From positions 8,205,550-8,269,549 of the forward strand of contig OZ199838.1 of assembly GCA_964304625.1 (NCBI GenBank): DNA of 64,000 nt, in the 5' to 3' direction. A program made the position numbers and the translations under genes. This document shows, piece after piece, positions 1 through 13,100 of the stretch. A model generated the notes under the pieces. The model saw only the letters and a list, made by a program, of their open reading frames with translations, ran no database searches and was not told where the DNA came from. Numbering within the stretch: position 1 is the stretch's first letter; each line of letters begins with the position of its first letter. The DNA comes from Kudoa neothunni. Taxonomy: Eukaryota > Animalia > Cnidaria.

Positions 1-973
1 CATTCACTGTAATGACACCAGTGCCTTCTTTTAGAACAATGTCGGCAATCGCTGTCTTTCTGTAGCCAATACTTCTTATGCTGCCATCCTCCCCCTTCTA
101 TCAAGAAGGCTTATTACAACTTAGCCTCAGTTATTACTTGAAAAGTTTGAGAAGTAACATCAGTGGATTCTAACACCACCATAAATTTCGATATAAAGTC
201 CATAAATCGAAAAGATTTTTCATTTTTATATAATTTTTCGATGAGGTTAATAAAAAAAACATATTGATGTTTGTGTATTTCTTTGTCGCCTGTGATTTTT
301 CGAAGTTCTTCCTTAGTAACCCACCTCACATCCAAAGATTTGGGCTCAACGTTCACATCATCAGCACAGGTGGGATTGTTTGCATCAGTTGAATGTACCA
401 TTGACGATTGTTCGTCTTGATCTCTAAATTCGCCAATAAAAGACGTTCAAACACCACACAGAAATACACAAGGTCATCAATATCAAGACCTTGATATAAC
501 TGAGGAAATGTTTTATGGAGATCTTCAATACATGTAGACAACTCACCCACCGCATAAAGTCTTCTAAGGATTTCCTAATCGTTCAGTTAGCAAGAATTAA
601 ACCAACGCCACACAAATACATAGAGAATATCATTGTATCTAGGCGCGTTTGTGAAATAGCCATGACTTTTAACATTTCCATTCTTATCGAACATTTCTTT
701 CCAATCACTAATAACACAACCTGGGGGCGACAGAGAAGGTCTAGCATCTTTGAATAATAACGCAGACGGTAACAAGTATTTAATATGCTCATCTATTTCC
801 TTTGGTGTCATATTCTTTTTATCCAGCATTTTTTCAAGCCACAATTTCGAAATTCGGTACCAGTCTTCACTTTGCAAATCTTCACTTTCTTTTATAGTTA
901 GTAAGTTCCTTCTTGATTTAAACCCCAATATGCTCCTTTGATTTAATAATGATGCACATTTACGTACAAACAT
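1..973 (-). CDS. MRPS9: Mitochondrial ribosomal protein uS9m (MRPS9), 5' part; multi-exon, continues beyond the left edge
   Basis: Spliced peptides EIDEHIKYLLPSALLFKDARP, RWVTKEELRKITG...FINLIEKL and SIGYRKTAIADIVLKEGTGVITVN match metazoan MRPS9 motifs ([55 protein letters not shown]). Basic presequence-like N-terminus from ATG 973. Three ~40-45 nt GT-AG introns. Confidence 0.88.
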
Positions 974-1125
974 AGTTAATTTGTATAACCTACTCCAAGC
1001 GCTAAGCTATGATAGCTGATCTACTAACCGATGCGCAGACGCATGAGATGCAAAATAAAACGCATGGGGGTGCAGTTGTTAAAATACAAACAGTTTCATA
1101 AATTACTAAAAATGTTATAAAAAGT

Positions 1126-4100
1126 TTATTTTCTCCAGTACTAAAAAAATTTAAAAATGAAATGGAGTTATTTGTTACTTGAGCCCATTTATGAATTTGC
1201 TCTACAACGGTTGCAAAAACTGCTTTGACACTTTCATCTATGAGCCCCATCAAATAAATCGCAGCTTGTTCATCGTCAAGGTCGAGGCGGAATTTTTCTT
1301 CGATCTATTTTTAAATAAGACGGTCATAAAAGTTTGGGGCATGTATAGAACAACAACTTTTTGAATTGCTTTATCCGGCTCGAGAGCAATGTCAACAATA
1401 TCCGCATCCAGCATCAAGGCAAATAAGTTGAGAATGCTATTAGCATTTCTATAAATTGTATAAAGTATTTAATCGATAACAGAAAACAACCAACCTTCTT
1501 AACAAAATAAATACAGTGAAACAAAGGTTTTTAAATTGTTGGAAATGCTCACTGATTTCTCCACCCATTGCTTCAATCTAACAAACACCTCAGTCAACAA
1601 AAATAAATATCGAATGCTTATGGTTACCATTTCACGAGAGAGTTTCATAGGAGGAGGGAACGGCTTAGGATCTCTTCCAAGTATATACCCAAAATCAATG
1701 TGAAACAGTGTTCCTAATGAGTTTAAATTATTTATTAAATGTAAATATAATTTTCATTGCCGAATAAGGTAATGGCAAAGATTATGAGAGCTAAAAATTA
1801 GTCAATCAAAGACTAACCTGTCCTTGTCAGCAACAGATTATCCAAATGGCGATCTCCAATACCAAGAATATACGTGATCACACTGTAACCGGCTACATAA
1901 AACATATATTTATATATATTGTTCTAAAAAAAGCTACCGCAACTTTTGATGTAGTTGTCCATTACATCTGTTCGAATTCCATAAACATCTCTATTTGATG
2001 GCGCAACTTTTCTGAAAAAATTCTAGATGATACATACAATAAGATTTCGAGCAATAAAACAACCACAATTACTTGAATAGAGTTATCTCTAGACAAAATC
2101 TCTCCAATAGATTCAGATTCGACGAACTCGACAATTCCTATAGAAAATTAGACGTATTAAAACAGGAACAGTCGCACATTTTTATTAAAAAGTAATAATG
2201 TCGAAAGTCGATACAAATTCTATTAGATTCCCTATCAAAATCTTTAGCCTATTCCATGTATTTAATGGAGATACTTATTAACCAACTTTACAAATCTAGC
2301 ATGATTTTACAACATAAAAATCAATAAAAAATTCTTTCCTCCAAAACCTTCACTTTTTTAATGTCTCTTATATAGATTTTGAAACATTCATTCACTTTGA
2401 ATGATGACATAATTTAACATTTAAGCATTAACTATAGGGGGTGTTCCTTTTCGATCATAATTTATTCAAAACCAGCACGAACTACCCAGCTTCGCACAGG
2501 ATTGAGAATATTTTATCCTAGAACATGTATATAAAATAATGAAATATATCAATTCTTTCAATTAATTCCTGGAAGTTAAATTAACCTTGTTTTTTAAATT
2601 CATATTTTTAACGACTGTGATAAGTGCAATTAAAGTTAATAACATCTTAGGGAGATCATAAAAATAGCAAAAACTGTATAACTCGATGATAACTTGAGAC
2701 GACTAATTTTTATTGCGCAAATTAATATCTCTTTATCCGGGACATTTTCATACACTCTTTTCTCAAAACAACTGCGTAACCCCCTAACCCTCTAATGTAC
2801 TTAAAATCGACTTACCTCAGATGGATTTTGGGGTAAAAAATACAAAAGTTTTTTTCATTCCATATACAAGAAAAAATATAATTTTTTGAAATTATACAAA
2901 ATAGAATAATTATAGTGTCAGAACCAGTTGAAAATAAATAAATAATCCCTATAATCCTACGATAACTAGCTTTGTTGAACATCGCTGTTCTAATTTAAAG
3001 ATAATGGATAATTTTTTATTGTGCCTCATAGCTAGCAAAAATCTTTTTAGAAAAAATGAAAATATAATTTATTGTTAAATCAATTTATAAGCATTATAAA
3101 ATGAGAAGAACTAACGATAACAGTAATTGCAAACGTTTAATACATGATTTTTGTAACAATATCTACTACATTTGAAACAAACATTGTTTGTTTTTTTATC
3201 TAATTTCCTGGGCCAAAATTCGCACATTGACAATTTATTTCGGGAATTCGGTGTATTGGGTTGTTTTGCAGTGCAGGACGAAGGCCTTTTAATAACACTG
3301 TTATTTGCTACATTTCTTTCCATAAGTGGATCAAATAACAATTTAGCCAGTATTTTCAAAAATTTTCTTCAAATAACATTTCCATCAAATATTTTGTTGT
3401 ATACAGATATTGCATTTACCAGTGATAAATCGACTATATTAAAAAATACCATCATACGCCACCATCTGTAATGTCGTCTAACAGAAACGGATGACAACAA
3501 ATGGTCCACAGTATCAACACCGCCTTTTGTTGAATTATAATGAATAATAACTTCTGGTGTACATTTAAAATCATCATTAATATTATCATTCGTTGATCCT
3601 GAAGACAATAATATTACCGCTTTGTTTTTTTTCTTACATATCACGTTATCATGTTTCTCATGGAACAAAAATTGACTGCTATAAACATATTTAATTTTGG
3701 ATGGCAAAGCACAAGATGGAGTTTCTGTCATGTTATGTCGAATAGCATCCAACAGAGTCATATTTTTTTCGAGGGACTTAATCGATAGATTGTATGACGT
3801 AAAGAAATTATCCATTACAACATTTCTACCAGAGAAATAAAGCTGCTCACAAAGCTTCATAACGATATTTTCTCCAGCGTTTGTAAATTTTTCGGGTTCA
3901 GGTCCATTTTTACCAAGATACACATCAATGCTGTACACATAGCATCCAATGGGATCCACGGCTAAAAAAATTTAATTCCGTATTTAACAGGCTTTAACGG
4001 TATGTACTGCCGGAATGGGCATCTTCCCTTAAATGGTACAAAAGCATTTTGGTAAAATGTCTGTCCTCCATTTTCTTTCTTCTCGAATATTATAGTCGTC

Positions 4101-7100
4101 AAAATGAATCGCTATAGATATCTGACGAACTCGTTGGTAACTGAACAGTTTCCTATAAACACACTTGCCCTCGGAGGTACTAAAAAGTTCGCCAACAGGT
4201 TCACCGCGGTCTTTATGAATGGCCATAAGAATTAAAATCCCAAAAAACCTTTAAATTCAATTTCATCAACGTCATGTCATTTGTCAAATTTCGATGCACC
4301 AAACTGATTGGTATATTCTATTATCGTCGAAATGATTTCTTCCGTAAAAAATATAAAAAAAACAATCGAGTTTCGTTTTGAATCTTGACGTGCCATAGGT
4401 AGTAAAACCAGGTGCCGGCTGCATAATATTACATTTTGATGCTTTGGAAGTTGGTGGTTTTTGATAACTCCATATAATTCCTTTTTAACTCACTGTAAAT
4501 TGATCAAACGGTTCACACTCCAAAATATCTGATTCTTCTACAGATTCTGTGAAATTATTATCATATTCAATATTAGAAGTATCCGTAATATCATTGCAGC
4601 TGCTACCCAAATAATCCATTTTTGAAGGGGAGACGTGCACGAGTGTAATGAACTTAATGACGTGATGCGGTAAGAATTAAGAACGTTATATTTTAAAATT
4701 TACCCTTCAGTAAATTCTCGTCTTAATAAAAATAGTCCAGAACATTTTTATTTTTGCTTCTGAGAGAGAAAAAATTGGGGTATTTTTTACACCAAAATCC
4801 ATAGGAAGATGGAAATTCTATAACTCCGCTATTTTACTATATATTTCCAAAAAATTTTTTTAGACCATTCATCATGATATTTTGGAGGAATAGATGGAAT
4901 TATAAAATTTAGAAATATGGAGAAACTAGAGTAACAATATCCTATTGAGGTATTATTTTACCCCAAACCCATTAGAGGGTTAATATAAATTAAAATATTT
5001 CAAATAATTTGATAACGTATAATTTAAATCTATACACAAATCTTATCGCTTAAAATTAGGTTTAACGGACGGTTTAACGAAACTTGAGGACCTAGTTTCA
5101 GTATTTAAGGCTTGAATCTATCTGATTATAACATGCGCAATCGATTCTTCATTAATTTAAAAAATTTTCATATATTTGTAATACTAAAGACATCTATAGA
5201 ACTTTGATAGTGTTTTTATAATGGCAAATTTATTGAAAGTCCCAGCATAAGGAATGTGTCCAAGTACACATCCAAATAGACACACCTACTTTATATATAC
5301 AGATAGGTACGATATATAAGACGTATCTCGAAATCATGGATATAGAATTTAACTTTGAACCACTAAAAACATTCACAATGGCTTACAGAAGTTGAGTGCA
5401 GATAAATGTCGCCATGAAAAATAATATAATCCTATTATTGAAAACACGTAATCCGTTTAACAAATCTAACACCGAGAACAACACAATTCCCTACATTATT
5501 TTTGAATTCCTTCAATGTAATAACAAATAAAAGCATTTTTAAATTATCTTAAACTATTAAAAGTTGCACAAATATCTATCTATATGGAAAATTTTTGCCG
5601 CACGTGTGAACTTAGGGGCACACACGGACACTTCAGCTTTATAAATATAGTATCCATGCTGGCGCGCGGTCGTATTTTGTATTTAAAAATTACATTTTCT
5701 TTCTTATATTAATAATAACTCGTAGGTATTCAGCTGTTTTACCATTCTTTTACAAACCGTGTCTTATTTTACAGACGAAAAAGTCCAATTGTTTTATTTT
5801 CTAACACAGGTGTAGGTCATGAGCAAAAATATTTTCTCTTAATTTATTTAAATGCTTAATGACTTCATTAATGGAACAAATGATTCCAGTTTTTTTCATA
5901 ATTTTCATCAGTAAACGATTCACTCATTGCGTCGACTTCATTATTTATTGAGTTAACATATTTATCTTTTGGACCTTTAAATGGAGTAATTTCTTCTATA
6001 TTAACCTGACCTTCAGTTTGATTTATCTAGGGATTTACTTCCAATCGAAAGCATAATGCCTCCTGATCCACAATTATTAACAAGAATGATTTATTTTAAA
6101 TAGTTTTTGATTGTTTCTTCATTCATTAATTTCCACCCTTCTTTCATCGTGTATATATCTTCAAGTAAATATGGATGATCATTATTTAAATTTTTATCAA
6201 AAATACTAATGGAATTAACAATAAATTTATTTATCAAATAATTCATCAGACGATTTTTGTAAATGTATTAAAAACCGTTAATAATTCCTTGATCTGATTG
6301 TTGCAATACGCTAGTCGTTTCCTGTGGGATAAGCTGGGAAATTTTTACCAAATCATATGAGGTAATGGTGTACTTACCGGCTACCAAAATTCGGCATGAT
6401 GTCGTGATTTTGTTCGGCCGATTTTTTCGTAGATTAAGTTCATTAACTCTAAAAAGTTTCAGCTTATAAAAAGAAATCAATTTTTTTTGTTTCTAATGTC
6501 TCCTAAATTCGTTGTCATAATCCATTAACTGAGCATAACATAACACGTGACGCCAAATAAAAATACCCTCAAACTATATTTTCTCACATTTTATCACTTA
6601 AACTTAAGGATGCACGTTTTCAGAAAATTAGGCGGCAATGGTTGATATTAAATCAGACGATGAGTTTTTTTTGCTTATAAATAATAATGAGATTCTGTTT
6701 AACTTCTTGGTTTCGAAAAAAATCGTCCATCGCCTTCCAAAACAATGTAGAAACTGTAGAGGTTGCGACACAATGTACACCTCTACAAGAGAGAGAACGG
6801 AAACTAGTTAATTAATTTCTTCATTAAATAATGATGAAAACATAGTTATATACGTATGTAGAAAGTAACTGAAATACAATAAATGGTTTTCATAAAATAA
6901 GACCGATGTAAAACAAAACTATGTCCAAACAAAAAAACCTTTTTTACCGGAAATGAGGGAACAAAACAAAAATTATCTACCAAGAATATATTAAATATCT
7001 TGTATAATTGGTCTTTAGATAATACTATTGAATCAATCTCATCAATGGTTTCTGTCTCCAAAAAATCGATTATAAATTGGTTTATTAAAATTCGAACCAT

Positions 7101-10100
7101 TTGTACAAACCATTTCCTCAATCGACAAAAATTCGGCAGTGAAGGATACGTTATTGAAATTGATGAAAGTCTATTACATAGCAAAAGGAAAAATAACTGG
7201 GCCGTTAATTGAAAGGAGATTCTTGGAAACATTCTTCTACAAAAGAAATTTTTATCCCTGAGAATGAAATGACAATAATAAGAAAAAAATTTAATTAATT
7301 TATTATGTCTTCTAGACGGATGGAAGTGGAAGTGAGTATTGCCCCGATTGCGGAGAATTATCCGACGAATATATATATATATATATGTGTATATGTTATT
7401 TAACTATATGATAGTAAATTTTATTAATTAGCTCTATGTTCGAATTCTGAAAAATATGGGAATAGGGTGAGTGGACGGTCCCTGGGTTTTTGGTCTTTGC
7501 TTCTGCTCAGTTAATCCAGATGGAAAAAGGACTCTAAAAGAGGTAAGGTATTTCAGTGTTCAACGAAGAAATCATGAAACTCTGATACCAATCATTGAGA
7601 ACCAGGTCCTTAAAGGGTCAACTATTTACAGTGACGAACGGCCTGCTTACAATAAATTATCAGAACGAGGTTACAATCACATTCGAATCAACCATTCCCC
7701 AAGTTATTGTATTAATGGAGCACATTCGAATACTATCGAATCTTGTTGGGGTCAGCTCAAACTTAAGATTCTTAAAATTAAGAGAGGTGTGAGTCGATTA
7801 AATTTCGATAGTTACCTACATGAAGAATGGTTCCGACCTATTATGGGTGGGAAACTCAATTTATTTAACAACTATTTGAATGTTATTAATAAATATTACC
7901 CAACTGAATAAACCGTCTGATTTTTTGCGCAATAAAAGCATAATAAATGTCTAAAGTTGATTGGAATAATTTTCTCAATCTAGCATCATTAATATATAGG
8001 GATATTAATGATTTTATACGTGACATGTAAAATCAACTTTACCAAATAAGACTTTTATAAAAGAATAAACAACATTCAAATCATAAAACTTTAAAAATAT
8101 TGTAATAGAATATGTAATTCTAAGCTTTATATAAACCGATTTAGTTACGCCTAAGGTATATTTTTGAACGTTTTGTGAAAAAGATATATTATTGTTAAAA
8201 TGATTTTTAACTTTATGCATAAACAAGAAACATTTTGAGTAGATAGAAAAAGAAATTGCCACAAGATTTAAAAATTATTAGTTAAATAAAATAACACGTT
8301 TAGCTCATTTCGTAAAATGTAAAATATTATCTACTTTTTGGTAGAAAATTGTCTAAAAAAAAAATTTAAACTAAAAAAACCAAAATTCATTTGCAACATT
8401 ACTTATAAACTTAGATTTTTCCATTTTAAATCTGTGCATTGTGAAAATTTCCAAAATAGAATGATTCAATTTTTAATTGATTAAATCGGCAAATAAGTAG
8501 ATTCCACATATTTTAAAAATCATTTTTCAAAAATTAAATAGGATAACTTTACAAAATCATTAATTTAAATTGGTTAAAACAGGAAAACAATACCTAAAGT
8601 AGTACCATAAAGGAGATTAATACAGCATACAAAGGATTATGACAACGAATTTAGGAAACATTAGAAACAAAAAAAATTGATTTATTTTCATATGCTGCAA
8701 CTTTTTAGAGTGAATGAACTTAATCTACAAAAAAATCGGCAGAACAAAATCACGACATCATGTCGAATTTTGGTAGCCGGTCATTACAGACGAGTAAAAT
8801 GCTTCCATAAATGGTTCATAGTGTAATATTTCGAATGAAATTGCATTTGATATGAATTAACTCCATTATAACTTTTGATAATTCGGTTATTTACGTCATT
8901 CCAATGTTCCTGAAGATAATAAATGCTATCGAAATATATACGAAGATAAGGATGATGTTAATTGGTTTTCTGAGGAATTTCGAATAACTAAAAGCTCCAA
9001 AAAAATATTTTTCAAAACCTCAAGATTCACGTTGCTACGCTTCAAACAGAATCATTTCCTCAACTTATACATTCCTCATATTTTATGGCAAGTCTTTTTC
9101 TCAATTGTTATTTCAAATACTAACGAGTCTGACAATTATAACTATCGGCATTATTTAAAGACTTGGCAAACCAACAGCCATTGTCTTTATGTTAATTTGA
9201 AGATCTAAATTATAATCACTCAAATTTCTTTGTCGCGAGTGATGCTGTTATTGTTCAAGATCTCGAGACAGAAATGCGAAGAATTTTTTTTGTAGAATCG
9301 GTTGGAATAAAAGAAATTTTAAAGTTTTTTTGCGTGGTATATTGAAATATTAAAACCCATTAAATTAAAAAATAAAGTTAAACTCGTTAAATTAGATGCC
9401 TAATTTAGCCTTTTCAATGATTTGGTAATGATCGTTAACAACCGGCGGTGTCATAATTGTGACATTTTTCAGTATTTTATCGCTAGTTTTCTCAAATACT
9501 TTAGCAAATTACGTATTACAATTTTCCCCATAATTCAAGTTTAAAAAATGTGAGGTCCGTTGGACCTCAAAAGAAGGAATGTGTAAAGTCAGTTTTCAGG
9601 AGTTTGGAAAGTTAAGAAACGTATTTGTGCGAAATCTTCTCCAAGCAACGCTGGGCAGTTCCCGCTAGTATATATAAAGGAGGACTGTCGATATGTTTGT
9701 GTGTGCCCAGGGCTTGGATTTTTTATAATCACCTTGGGTTTTTATTGAAAGCCTATAAACATTAACCCTCTAAAGCAGGGGTCGGCAGGCCAGAATATAT
9801 TTAAATCCAGTAAATTTATATTTTGACATTTAAAAGAATATATTTTTATTTTAACGAGAAAAAGAAACATAACGAAAGTGAATGTTCGATATTTTTATTT
9901 CATAATTTACCTGATATTTTTGGAGTTGAATTTAAATGTTTATATGTTCAAATTATGGTTCTAAATCGTAAAGAGCAATAATTAAACGTTTCCATTAGCT
10001 ACAATAAAACTAATAGCGTACAATCAGTAAAAATGGGTAAGAAATTTGCTTGGGGAAAAATTTTAATCTTTATTTTTTTAAGCATTTTATGTTTAAAAAA

Positions 10101-13100
10101 GGGAATAATATTTAAGTAACATAGTTCACATTGCTATTAAGCTTATTTATATGCTGAAGAGATCGACATTAAAAGTTGGGGAAATTATACAAGCACCGTC
10201 AAAAAAATTAATGTTATCAACGACATCCCTTGCGGGCCGGTCGTTGCCGACCTCTGCTCTAAAGGTGTTGGGGTATATTCTACCCCAAAACGATTTTTAC
10301 ATAGCAATATCTCATTGTTTTCTATATGAAATCTCTTGAAATTTTGGGTATTCTTAAAAAAAATAATTTTAGTAAATTTTAAGTTAAAAATTTTTCAATT
10401 GATTAAAAAAGTTTCTATAAAAAAATTCTTCTGAAGTTTTTGGGGTAAAAAATACCCCAACAATTTTTTTGCTAAAATTGAGGGAAAAATTTTTGTATAT
10501 ATAAATAATCACATTTAAGTGATATTGTATGAGTAGTTATGGAGATAATCCAAGTATATTGCGCGTTTGTTCAAAAGGTGCATGCTCAAACCTTCACAAG
10601 CACCAGCATGAGCGATAGCGTTGACTTTAGTGACGATATTTCTTCATCCGGAAGTGAATTTTAAGATTATGTTATGGATGGATATGAATTAACGGATGAT
10701 GAGATTGAAGTTAACGATGTTCATCCTGATTCCTTACGTAGCAAAAGTGGTATTTCATGGAGCATTTTGAAGCCTACAATAACCAAAACATGTGCGGAAA
10801 ATATAATGGATTCTACCCCTGGATCTACTTGTTACACATCTCTAAAAATAAAAAATTTGTTTGACCGTTTTACAATTTTCCTTACCGCGGAAATTTGTAA
10901 TAAAATTATACACTTCACGAATATTTTTAGAGAACATAAATTCAAAGATAACTGGTGTGAAGTGGATGATATCAAATTTCAGGGTTATTTAGGTCTTCTC
11001 ATACTAATGGGAACTCACAAAGATAGACAAGAACTCATATGCGAGCTTTTTAGTATTAAAGAAGGGAAAGAAATATACCGGCAGTTGTTTTCTCTTCGAC
11101 GATTCAAGCAGATTTCGCGTGCCCTTCATTTTGATGACTTCAATACCAGAATGCAGCGCAGGGATGTCGATAAATTTTGTCCCATACATGATTTATGGGA
11201 TCACTGGGTTAAGATATTGTCTAAATGTTTCGATCCACATCAAGATGTAACTATCGACGAGCAACTTGTTTCATTTCGAGGTCGATGCCCATTTCGTCAA
11301 TATATGCGTATGAAACCAGCAAAATACGGTATCAAATTCTTTTTGTTGGTCGATCCAGTTTCAAATTATGTTTTCAACGTTTCCATGTATCTTGGCAAAA
11401 GTAATTTTGAAGCTTTGCGACAGTGTAACGTTGGAGAAAGTGTTGTTCTTTCATTGTCATCTCCATTGTTCTATTCCGGCAGAAATATCGTAGCTGATAA
11501 TTTCTTTTCATCATATTGACCTTCTTGGGAATTTTACGAAAAAACAAAAAAGAAATTCCAAATTATCTGTTTCCCTCAAAAAAATGAGATTTATAGTAGC
11601 AAATTTGTGTTTAACGAAAAGTTCATGTTGGTATCATATGTATGTCAGAAAGCCAAATGTGTTATCTTGTTGGCTACTGGTACATCAGACTACTATTTCA
11701 GATGAGGCATTAGAGTTCAAGCCCAAAATAATACTGGACTACAATAAATCTAAAGGTGGTGTGGACAATGTCGATAGGATGTTGGCTTCTGCTTCTGTTC
11801 GCCGATTCACCAGAAGATGGCCTTTAGTAGTGTTCTTCAACATGATGGATTTATCTTTAGTCAACGCCTTTGCAATATATAAAGATGTATTTAACGATGC
11901 GAGAAAGATTAGACGCTCTTTCTTAAAAGAAATTGCAGAGAAGCTTTATAGTCTATTGCTGATGCGAAATTCATCAGAAAAGATCATTAAGAGGAAATTA
12001 CCAATTCTTCCATTTATTAACAAAGTTCCACCTATTGATGTAAAGCTCTCAAGATGTGAATATTGTGAGCGAAAAAAGAACAAGAAAACTACAAAATGGT
12101 GCAAAACTTGCTATAAATTTTATTGTCCTATGCATGCCTCGAATACTGGTTAGAAATGTTATGAATAAAAATATACTTTAAATTTATATTATTTTGGTTC
12201 ATTATAAAGGGTGAAACTTTTTTAATCCTGGCGATAAAACACAAACTTATGTTAAAAAATACGATCGAATGTTGACGATGGGTGTCGTACAAATACGATG
12301 TGGATTAGCTTAGGATTAAATTAGAATGTTAATGTTTATTTCACGGGGATAAATTAAATAAAATAACTAGGGTATTTTTTGCCCCAAAGACTTACACGTA
12401 CGTTGTTTTTTCGATCCTTAGAGGGTTAAGCAATGATAAAATTAGAATCCACAGATTTATTAATTTTTACTAAATTTAAAGACACAACGATAAAAATTTT
12501 AATTGGTAAAACCAAAACAAAAATTAAGCTAAAATTAAAAATGTAAGAGATCTCTTGGAACTTCGATTTAAGATCGCTGCCTTATTGTATGGTATTTTTA
12601 AACCCCCTTTTCACAACAAAGTATTTCGAATAAAATAGTATGAAGGATAAAGTAATTTACCTTGTTCGGCACCAGTGGCAATCACCCTGTATGGTGTTAA
12701 CTTAAGATCTAGATTTTCTTTCAGTAGCATCTAAATTTGTTGTTAAAACTATTCACGTACCAATCGATAAATAGTATACATTGTTTATGAATGAAATAAC
12801 TCGAAGAACAAGTTGGTCCTGTCGAATATCATCGCCATTTTTAAAAATGACGGAGTATTCACTTTGGCGGTTGGTCAAAAAAGTCAATTTCAATGGCATA
12901 AGTTTGGAATTAAAAACAAATGATTTATCTAAACCGAGAATGATTTTTAATATGAATTAAGCTCAAACTGTTTGATTAAAGTACTGGGGATAAATCCGCA
13001 TATTTGAGTTCCGGGGAGCAAAGGTAAATATAGTGGATCTTTAAATGTATATTCACTTGAGAGTAGAGTTTGTTGTAACGCGGACATCTAAACAGGAATA

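Larger units (their letters stand above)
2138..12660 (-). other. 10.5 kb TE-filled intron of Vps34
   Basis: GT at 12660 and AG at 2138 on the minus strand join ...ATGAEQ G|GA IVEFVES in frame, colinear with Vps34 (ATSTKHGFMQF). Confidence 0.9.

Noticed and set aside
98-137. Possible 28-nt GC-AG intron in MRPS9
   Set aside because: An in-frame canonical 40-nt GT-AG alternative exists and fits the local intron size; cannot be decided without RNA data.
2778-2796. CCCTAACCC telomere-like motif
   Set aside because: Single unit formed by the piggyBac TSD/TIR junction; no tandem array.
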